DNA from: Camelus ferus | Taxonomy: Eukaryota | Assembly (NCBI RefSeq): GCF_009834535.1 | Contig: NC_045696.1 | Coordinates: forward strand, 15,812,001-15,876,000 | Length of the DNA: 64,000 nt | Direction: 5' to 3' | Notes under the pieces: model-generated | The model's input: the letters and a program-made list of their open reading frames with translations, nothing else | Databases searched by the model: none | What the model was told of the DNA's origin: nothing | Program-made: the position numbers and the translations under genes | In this document: one piece after another, positions 54,241 to 64,000 of the stretch | How the letters are laid out: each line of letters begins with the position of its first letter | Position numbering within the stretch: position 1 is the first letter of the stretch

Positions 54241-55744
54241 GCTCTCCATGTGTTTCTAAATTCGCACGGAATTCCAGGAAGCAAACACGGTATTGAAGTT
54301 GGAACCTCCCAACCTTTTCAATGCAGAAACCACAGCAGGAAAAGAAAAACTGCTAGGCATAAAAAAATACTTTGATGCCAAGCACCCTGAAGAAGTAAAG
54401 TAACAGCCTCCAGTACTGCAATTAGGAGACAAAGATTGAAAAGTTGCTCTGCTTTAAAATGATGTCTTCCCTTTGTTCCCTCCTGAGAAATGTTTACAGA
54501 GTTTCATTCAATCGGTGACTTCTTCTTGTTCTGCTATGTGCTCAGCATTGCACTAGATCTCGTGGTGGGAGATGCCACAGAGAAACACAACATGGTCTCT
54601 GTTGTGAGGATGTTATAGGTCTAGGAAGGAAAATAAACACACAAGAGTAGAGAAAGGATTCTTTTTTCTTTTAGGAGCAAAAATCTCTAAACTACAAGCT
54701 CTTAGGAGGTCAAGGCAGCACAGCATAGCATTTCAGAGCAAATTTTTACTTAATTACAGTATGAACTTGGGCACATTATTGATGTAAGGTTGGTCAAAAC
54801 ATCTACATAGCTAAGGATGAGTTTCCCCATTTTTTTTACAATGGATCTACCATGCCTAGCTTATAGGTGTGTTGTGAACAGTAAATAAGGCAGGGGCTGT
54901 GAGCATATTTGGTAAGTTATGAGAAACAATGCAAATATTTGCTGCTCCTTTCATTCCTGACTTTTAGCGTATCAGAGAAGGGAGAGAAACGTTGATGAGC
55001 TGGAGAAGTTAGAGATTTCAGAGAAGGGGTCTGGAAACTTTGAGTAAGGGCTGAGAGCTGGCAGCTGTGCTGGCCCAACCTGCCCACAGCCTCTGTAATC
55101 TGTCCTGCACGATGTTGCATTTTGTTTATTTTGAATACCTTTATGGGAGGCGGGGGGCATGTCGTTCTAAACACATTCTAGGTGACGGCCAGCACACCAT
55201 TCCCACTGTCTGTAGAGCCACTGATGAAAGAACACTGGGGATGGAGCTGGGACAAAAAGTCTGTCATTGAACCTGCCGCAGCATGGAGCACACCCTGGAG
55301 GAACTGAGGGCCATCGGGAGGAGGTGGGGGGAGTTTCTTGGATGGGAGGAGTCAGGGGGACTGAAGGAAGCCGGACCCAGGGGTGGACTGGAGGCTGTCA
55401 GGAGGTGGGGCTTTTCATGACTGATTAACTTATTAAGTTTTATCTAGGAGTCAGGAGGGTTAAACTGAGGTTTAGAGCTATTGTGGGTAAAGAAGTAAAC
55501 AGAAGACGGGGAGGATTAGTCAGTTTTGCATTTGTTGCATGGCCCTGCCTGTCTCGTCCCCAACACGGCTGCAGTGTAGCGCTGCCTGAACAGTGTTATA
55601 TGCTGTGGACATGTTTACGATCTGCTGGGAAAGTCACAACCTTGCCGCCAGCAAGGCCGTTTTTCATTTCTCATGTCTGCTGCCTCACCACATGCACACA
55701 GTGGCATCACTCTCTGGGTCTCTTTAGATACCTGAATTTGCTAC

Positions 55745-56133
55745 TGTCACGGGCTGAACTGCGTCCCTCTAAAATTTGTATGTTGAAGCCCTAACCCAGC
55801 ACCTTAGAATGGGACTGTATTTGGAGACTGGGCCTTTAGAGAGGTGATTAGGTTATGTGAGGCCTTTAGGGTGGGCCCTAATCCAATCTGACCACATCCT
55901 TATGGGAAGAGGAGATTAGGACACACAGAGAGACAACAGGGACTTGCGCCACAGGGGAGGGACCCACTGAGGACACACTGAGGCCAAGCAGAGAGGCCTC
56001 AGAAGAAACCAAACCTGCCAACACTCTGATCTTGGACTCCCAGCCTCCAGACCTGTGAGACAATAACAATGTCTGTTGTTGAAGCTCTGCCAAGTGTGGT
56101 ACTTTGTTATGGTAGCTCTAGAAAAGTGACACA
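55745..56133 (+). mobile_element. MLT1A/B-like MaLR solo LTR
   Basis: tgtcacgggctgaactgcgtcc...ttggactcccagcctccaga...tttgttatggtagc. TSD gctac/gcgac. Confidence 0.92.
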
Positions 56134-56304
56134 GCGACCCTCCCTTAACTGAGGGAGGACAACTTGTGAGGTCCGGGCTGAGAGAAGCCTGACTCTGTGG
56201 GGGCGGGGGGGGGGAGGGAGCCTTCGGGGAGACAATGTGAAGAGGCGTCTTGGAGGATGAGTTAGGATGTGGCAGGCAGAGGAGGAGGAAAGGGCATTCC
56301 CTAC

Positions 56305-56492
56305 AGCGGAGACTCTGGAAGTGTGGTCCCGGGAGCAGCGGCATCTGCCTCACCTGGGAACTTGTTAGAATGCAAATCCTCAGCCCGCTTTTCACGGGGA
56401 CTGAAATCAGAAGCTCTGGGGTGGGGCTCAGCCATTTGTATTTAACAAGCCCTCCAAGTGACACTGATGCCGCTGGAGTGTGAAAACCACAG
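56305..56492. mobile_element. MER5A hAT-Charlie MITE
   Basis: cacctgggaacttgttagaatgcaaat...ctgaaatcagaagctctgggggtgggg...ttaacaagccctcc. Confidence 0.88.
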
Positions 56493-59400
56493 CCCTACAG
56501 CGGGCGTGAAGGCTCCCAAGTGTGATCATGCTTAGCTCAGTGTAGCTCATAAATACTAGTGTGACTCGGGAAGGTTTAAAAGGAGCAGTGGGAGTTGAGT
56601 TGGGTCTTGAAAGAGAAAGGGGGAGTGGTTATGAGGAGGAGGAGAAGCAGTCAAGATACAGAAGTTAATGAGTGGAAGCTCCTGCCCCTGGCTTAATCCT
56701 CAGCTTGGCACTTGAGTTCTAAACACTGCACTGCTCTAAGGTCAAAATGACCCTAAACTTAAGATGCTTAGGACCAAAAGCACATTATCCTGGATTTTCT
56801 ACCAAAACAAAGCCTTAATGAAGAACTTCCTCAACATTAATCTGAAGTGGTGAAAAACACATAAAACCGTCCATCCGGAAAAGTTAAAAGTTATCAGGCA
56901 GAGAATTATGGTCATTGAAAGTGATATTTTAGAGCCAAATTAAAGAGGATGTAAAAGTTGCATTAATCGTCCAGAAGGCATCCTTTGTGTGGAATGCAGC
57001 CTCAGCTATAGGCTTTTAGTGAAATTAAATCTCTTCACACCTCGCCAAACTTGTGACTTTCCCGTAGGAGGGACTGGAGCCCACCTTCCGGAAAAAGGAT
57101 GCTGCAACACTCACCTGCCAATGACTTGTGGGGGGTGGATGGGAGTGTGATGCAGAAGCTGAAGAAGAGCAAAAACCATGAACCCAGTGAAGAAAAGACA
57201 ATTTCCATCGTCATACTTTGGACTTAATGAAATTTGCTGTTAGCAAGTTGAGTCATTCCAAGCTAAGATTGGAAAGTTTTAATTAGTCTTTCATTCATGC
57301 TGGGCAGTTTTTGTTCTTTGTTCTTACAGAATTGATTGAGCTGCTTTTGCTTTCCCATGCCGCATGAAAGCACCTGATTCGTGCTTTCTGCCCCCTTGAC
57401 AGGGATGAGTTTGTGTCCTGTAAATCATCATCCCATTCAGTTTATTTGCTGCGACTTGGACTTCTGTGTTGACAGTGTGTGACTAACTTGCATGCTTCTG
57501 TCTCCTCCCTTCTCCATACCTTGCACAGATGTTTTCATTTATGTTTTAGCTTTTTTGGATCCCTTTATAGCATGAACTAGTTTCTTCATGTTCATTTAAC
57601 TGCACCCTGAGATACTATGTATCCACATACTAAGTGGCAAAAGGCAATAGCAGATGGCTCTAAAACTGAAATAGGAGTTCTTCTGGAAACTTAAAGGGAG
57701 AGACTGTGTTCAGGGACTGGATTATGTGCATGTCACATTTTTAGTTCCCATAAAAAAAAAAGTTGACTTCCTCAAATCAGACATAGATTTGACAAAACCA
57801 TTTATTCAGCAATGGCTTCCTTGCTCTTCTTCAACAGTGACATGTGATATCTGAGCATTCTCTTTCCTCACTGATAAGAAAACTATTCAAATGCCAAATA
57901 TTGATTTAATTAGTTAGGTGAATTTCTATGGAGAAATAAATGCAGCTTTTTGCTCTTTCCTTTTCAGACCTATGAAATGAAGCTGACTTCTAGTGCTACA
58001 ATATTTTAGTGTGATTTGAGTCTTTCAAAGATGAAACCTGGAAAATACAAATTTAAAAGAAGCCTGGTATAAACTATAGTGTTTTTTTAATCAGCACTTC
58101 TATTCACTTCCATTTTTTTTTTCATTTGCCAGCTTTCTTTCTGATTGTATCATAATAACTGTCTAGACTCTGTTCTCAACTGTGATGTATTTTAAGAGAC
58201 TGTACAAATGAGGCCAGAAAAAAATAAATTAGCAGTACTGTGCATTAAAGTGCCACAGCTTAAAAACCTATGAGTAGAAGAAAAATCACTGACTACTTAC
58301 ATATCAGCTAAGATAGCCTGCTATCTATTCATTTCCCTCAAGGCTATAGCTTTTGATTAGAAGGTTCTTATTCACTTCGCTGTCAAAAGGCATAATAAAT
58401 GATGACCTAGAACAGCATGTTCCTATGTTCCCATTTAACTTTTTGTTTTACACTAGATGCAAAAGTCTCACGGGAGTCTTGATTTGGGGTTAAGTTACAG
58501 CCATGACTATGATGGTATTAGAGAATGGTCTTAGGCATTTCTGACTTCTTTTGTGATTTGCAGGACTGCCTTAAGGCTCAAAGCCACAGTTATTAAGGTT
58601 TTACTTAAACCAACACACAGTACAATGACAACAAATAATATCAGAGACAATTCTCCCAGTCTGATGCTTAGCCAGTAGGAACCTGTATAACCATAATAAA
58701 ACACTTTCCAGTGGGTTGAAAATCAGTTTATGTCCTAAGCTTCCCCCGACCCAGGGCTCCACCACTCCACCTCCAATGCCTCAGCCCCTTCTCCAGGACC
58801 TCCATCTCTTAATAACCTGACAACTAACATCTGGCCCAGTAGTGACACTCCATTCATAGTATGTTCTAATTGGCTACAATTGAGCGATAAGCAAATATGC
58901 TATACATATTCTTAATGTCATTCCTGATTAAATCTGATCAATAACCATCTCAGCTAACACATTAGTATCCAGTAAAGCCAGGTTTAAAAAATGGGGCTCA
59001 GAACAACTCTTGGATTTGTGAAATGAAAAGGAAGGAGGTAGGGGAAGCCAGCAAGGGGAATAAGAGAGGACGTATGGGGACAGGGATTCTGATGGGAAGC
59101 TTTAAAAGACTCTTAAAATTGCAAGCAAACTCTATTTCAGCATTTTTTTTTTTCAGGTCACTTTATCTATGTCAATTACCTAATTGCTCTATAGGATTTT
59201 CTGAGACAAGATGATTTACTGTGTCCTGCAATGTGATAAAAGATATATTCAGCCCCTTAAGTTAGAATTTGGGAATATTTGTGGGTGGGAAGGATTCTGC
59301 CTAAAAGCTTACTGTATTCAGTAAATGGCACCCCACCCAGATCTCCTTTGCTGGGCTGATGCACCCATCCCCCAGCAGCTGGTGTTAGTTGCCAGATGCC

Positions 59401-60069
59401 TCACAGATGCACCTTCTTTGGATATTCTGAGTCAGCCAAGGAGATCACCGTCGCCTGGAGATGCCTGGCAGGTTTGGTTCCACCCTCACCAGAACAGCTT
59501 GTTCCTAAGGACAGATTCTGTCCTTGCAGAACAGTTTTGTGGTACCATTCACACTCCAGAACCCCTTGTGGCATCAGGCTGAGCTAGGAGATAACCACAT
59601 CTTTGCTCAGCTTCTTCGCCTGCACTATCCTGCTTTCCTTGGGTCCAAGAAGACTTCTCCTGAAAGCACTCCCTTTAAGAATCCCCATATGTCCCCACTT
59701 TGAGATAACCCAACACATTTTTTTCTTGAGGACAAACCTGAAGACTTTTTTTCCTAATTATAAATGACAAAAAAGTTATATAGACAATTTTTAGACTTTT
59801 GTCAAACAAATGTAAGGGGCATTAATAATGTTTAATTTGATCTTCTACAAATTACGCCATGAGAAATCTAAAATAGGATGTAGTTATAGTTTTTTTTTTT
59901 CTGCTGCAGTGTTTTTTTTCTTTCTATTGGTCTTTCATATTTGAAATTTATGTTTTCCATTATGTTTTCCCTGTTTCTAATTATCCTGCACATACAGAGA
60001 TACAAAGGAAAGTGTCAATACTTTTGTAGACCACAACTAGCCACCTTAGCTAATAGAGAAGGGATCTGG

Positions 60070-60520
60070 GTATGTTTGGTTTGCCCATCTAGGTCCACCC
60101 TTCTCCACCCTGTGCTAAGCCTCAAGACTTCAACTTCTGGGGACTGCACCAACACATCTCCTTGCCCTTCAATTTTCAGTTCAGCCAATGGGAGCCATGT
60201 GCCAAGGAATCGAAGGCTTAGTGAAGAATGTGGCATGAATTTTTATTCCAACAGCAACCTCCCTGCCAGGTCATTATAATTTGGTTCTGACCCCTCAACC
60301 CAAAGCCCTAATTCCTACTGGGCAGCCCTTTCCATCCAACTGCTCACTCTATGTTCCAGTAACTAACTGCTTCCCACCCCAGCCCCCTCAGAACCCCTGC
60401 TTTTGCTAGCTCTAGGGTACCACACTAACCCTGCCCACATCATTGTAAATACCCCCTTCATTACAGTCTTTTCAGTGGTCCCTTTGAGCATATGATCTTC
60501 AGACTGGACACTGGGTGAAA
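60070..60520 (+). mobile_element. LTR16/LTR33-like ERVL LTR
   Basis: gttcagccaatgggag and tgtaaatacccccttcattaca...tttgag. Confidence 0.55.
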
Positions 60521-62021
60521 CAATAGAGTGAAACACTGGGTGAATCCTAAGTTGGCTAACACCGGAATGAAAAACATCTTTTACTTGGGAAAAAATGCAA
60601 TCTGGTTAAAAAAAAAAAAAGTAATTCCTATGGTATCTGATTACTTAAGAACTCCTACAGTCATCATTACCCATTGATTTTTTGGGGGTTATAATCATTT
60701 AATCATTCCTCTTTTCACTTATTCCATAACCAGTTGTTGATCACCAACTAAGATTGATGGCCTGTGAGCTATAGTAACCATGCAAGGCACAGAACTCTAG
60801 AGTCACGCACTCCATCATACGTTTCTCCCTGTGAACGACTTCCAGGTTACCTTTGAACAGTGACTACAGGTAATGAAAATGCTAAGGACTGGAAGGAAAC
60901 ATTCTGACCTCTGTTTGGGACTGAAATGAGAAAGCCTATGAATTTAAGGAGTGAAAGTGACTTGTAAGACAATTTCTCTTACAATAAGCAATTGAAGTAC
61001 CACTCTGGACAGGGTTCAATGGATGAAGAGGTGATCAGCCTTTTGTATGGAAAAGTCTGTGCCCTAAAATATGCCTAGTAGCTAAGTGGATGGTCTTAAA
61101 GCTGTGCTGAAAACTGGGGTGAAAAAAAGCTGTGAGTCCCAAATGCTCTGGAAACCATTTCCCAGGCTGTCTAACCTAAGGGGCATATCATTCAACAGTG
61201 ACTAAATAGTCAATTTAGTGAAAGTCAGTCAAATAAACTGTCTGATATTCTCAAGACTAAAAAAGCCAATTGTGTGACTGAATTTTTCATTTTGCAAGGC
61301 AGTCATTGCAGAAAGAATCTAAATTTTTCATATGATTGCTTTTAGAATAACACTGATATTTAATCTCTGATTTGTTCTTTCTGCTGCAGACATCTTGAAG
61401 CAGGGAAATAAATGCTGCAGGGGAAAAAAATGTCTTCAGAGCAAAAGCCTGGTTTGGGGTACCACTTACAAAATATTTCTATATTCTGCTCTGCATTCTG
61501 CATTGCTGAATTATAACTAAATACCCACTCCCAAATGTTTTCCTTTAAATAAAAGGAGCTAGGAAAATGCTTATTTCATCAAGAAAAGGTATTGAACTTA
61601 ACAAAAGTATGGTGGGTGGCCATCATCCTTAACCCCTACCACCTGGCCCAGTTCGTGGCACTTCTGATTATGCTCTGCAAATTGTTAAATGACTGTAAAA
61701 GAGCAGAAGTTATTTGTAGATGGCAATAATTTCATCTATGTCTAAGAAGATGAAGAGACATTTGACAAAGATGTTGATCAGTGTAGCAAATATTTGAGAG
61801 CTGGCAGATCCATGTTACATAAATTTACTTGTAATCATATTATGTGGAGATATGTAAGCCCACATTGAAATATAAATATTTGCTGATATTTTTTGTGAAA
61901 GATGGGCTTATTTCTAGCCTATTCTTATATTCATCACACCTGCTATATGCATTCTGTAAACATCGGTGGGGAATGGGAAAGCTTTATATGCTCTAGGTGC
62001 AAATTGATCTTCAAGAAGAGT

Positions 62022-62105
62022 AGGGGAGAGAAATAGGTCAGTGATAGAGCTCATGTTTAGCATGCATGAGGTCCTGGGTTCAATTCCTAGTACCTCTGCT
62101 GAAAG
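62022..62105 (+). mobile_element. Vic-1-like SINE
   Basis: ggggagagaaataggtcagtgatagag...gaggtcctgggttcaattcctagtacc. Confidence 0.88.
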
Positions 62106-64000
62106 GAAGGAAGGAACGAAGAAAGAAACTTGGGAGTGAAGCAGATTGTCAGCACAGGGTCTCTGAATGCCTTGGGAGCTGAACCGTATGCCATTTATCT
62201 TGATATTCCAAACCCAGGTCAGTGCTTGGTATACACTAGACACAGTGTGCATAAACACCCATCATAAACCTTCCTGGAGTGAAGCAGTGTGTTTTGAGTT
62301 TTAGCAAAGAGTAACATTCACTGCATCTCTCTAGGGAAATAAAGTGTCAAAACAACAAATGTCCTCATTTGGCAGAGTAGGAAACGGATATACTATGTGC
62401 ACAATTTGACATGAAGTAACTTTGTGAGAGATAAACATAATAAGCCTGATGTATTTATCTTCCTAGAAAACCAATGGCTGCTATTTATATTCAAGACAAA
62501 AGGTTCAGTTCTTTACAGATAATCCTCAGTGGTCATCCGTGATACAGATGAATTTAGTCCACACTAAGTAGGAGAAATATCGCATCTTTATTTCTTTAAA
62601 TCCACTTAATTCAACTGTGACCCATCCTACTGGAGTTCCCCCTCATGCTTGACCCCAGCCTCCAACCCTGACCCCCATGTGTACATGAGTGTGGGAACAC
62701 AAACACATACGCACACACATACCCACATTTGTGTATGAGACTCTGATGAGGCACAAATAAGAATAAAACAGAGTTCTGGACTTTGGAAAGGTCCTTCTAA
62801 GATTCTTCAATTCTCACTCTACTTCTGCATATGCTTATCAAGGTCTCTGCAACCCGCCCCTCCGTCACACTTGGGGCACAGGGATTTGGGTGCGTCTGAG
62901 AATCAGAGGCACTCCTTTCTCGGGAGTCCTCACTTTCTCTGGTGCTCTCAGAGTGCAAGGCTTAAGTCCACAACACCAGCAGCCCATGGTCCTTTCTCCC
63001 CTTTCCATTCTGACTTAGCTCTTTCCCTGCTTCCAAAACCTCTCCCTTGTTCCTCACCAACTCCGGCACTCCATCACTTCTAAACAGCTGAGATTTTAAT
63101 AGAAAACAAAAAAGAAGTTGTGGGTTTAGGAGTGCTTGTGTTTTCTGCCAGGCTAACATCATCCATGCAGCAAGAAATTTCAAAGCCTGGATCTGCCTTG
63201 AAATAGAGCAAGGGAAAAGCAGGAATAGAACAAATACAACTGAATGTCTTAAACTGCTGCAGAACAAAGTCAAAGTGTTTGGTGAAATTCAAGGAGGCTG
63301 TAGATGGGTATTTGTAATCCCACAGTGGGCTAAAAATACAAGTTCATGAGAGATGAATTGTTAAATCCTATTTTAGAAGTTGTTTGTTAATTAATCATTA
63401 TGATTTCAAAAAAATCACTTTATTTCTACTCTAAAATTCTTACAGACAGTTAAGTGGTAGATTCGTGGTGAAATTGTACTCATTGTGATTTGTGAGGGTT
63501 TATCTGTGCGTGCTTCCTTATAAACTCTTACCCTGCAGTATAATTTCTCTCCAAAGGGCTTAGCTGCTTTGAGAAATAAATTTAGAACTCAGATGGGGTG
63601 TCTGTTAGATAAAACCACAGAAAGCCTAGAAAACAATTTTTTTCCTAATATTTGGAATCTACCTCCAATTGGCATGATTTACCATAATTCTATTTTGAAC
63701 TTGATTCAACCTCTCCGTATGTATTTCTCATGTGTGGCATATTTTGTCAAATATTTTATTTTAAATATAAAGAAAAGTTTTCTGTGAAAAAAAATTAAAT
63801 CTTTTTCCCAACTCAGATGTTGGTCTAAAGCAATTTTTTAATTAATGTATAATTTTAAAATTCTTTTTACAAGATCACTAAGATTCTTTGCCTAAAAAAT
63901 AAAAAAGGACCATTTGTAGTAGTTAGTAAATCACATGTATAGATGTACTTTACATTTGGAAAGAGTAATAAATACTTAAGACTGACAGGCATATCACTGT

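Noticed and set aside
60508..60545. Short direct repeat ACACTGGGTGAA x2
   Set aside because: A simple local tandem duplication at the edge of an LTR, with no further structure.
61690..61860. Protein-like reading KEQKLFVDGNNFIYV*EDEETFDKD
   Set aside because: Internal stop and no recognisable homolog; it cannot be supported without BLASTx.

Overview
Mammalian nuclear DNA, most likely camelid, judged from the Vic-1-like tRNA-derived SINEs and the young L1 tails. It is not a prokaryotic locus. The only protein-coding sequence I recognise is the last coding exon of CYYR1 on the + strand (10244-10368), which the ORF track missed. It encodes three PPxY motifs, has a NAGNAG acceptor and is followed by a ~2.3 kb 3'UTR. 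Positions 1-10243 are the end of the preceding intron and hold a cluster of ERV solo LTRs. The remaining ~51 kb is repeat-rich downstream DNA (L1, L2, MIR, MaLR/ERVL LTRs, hAT MITEs, SINEs) with several candidate minus-strand exons that may belong to an antisense lncRNA. The most unusual items are a ~335 bp element joining an L1 5' end directly to an L1 3' tail, a twin-primed L1 with a large internal deletion, a CCAAT-array LTR, and a sense LTR with a weakened poly(A) signal. I found no convincing novel multi-gene system. Repeat family names come from recognition by eye and need RepeatMasker/Dfam confirmation.
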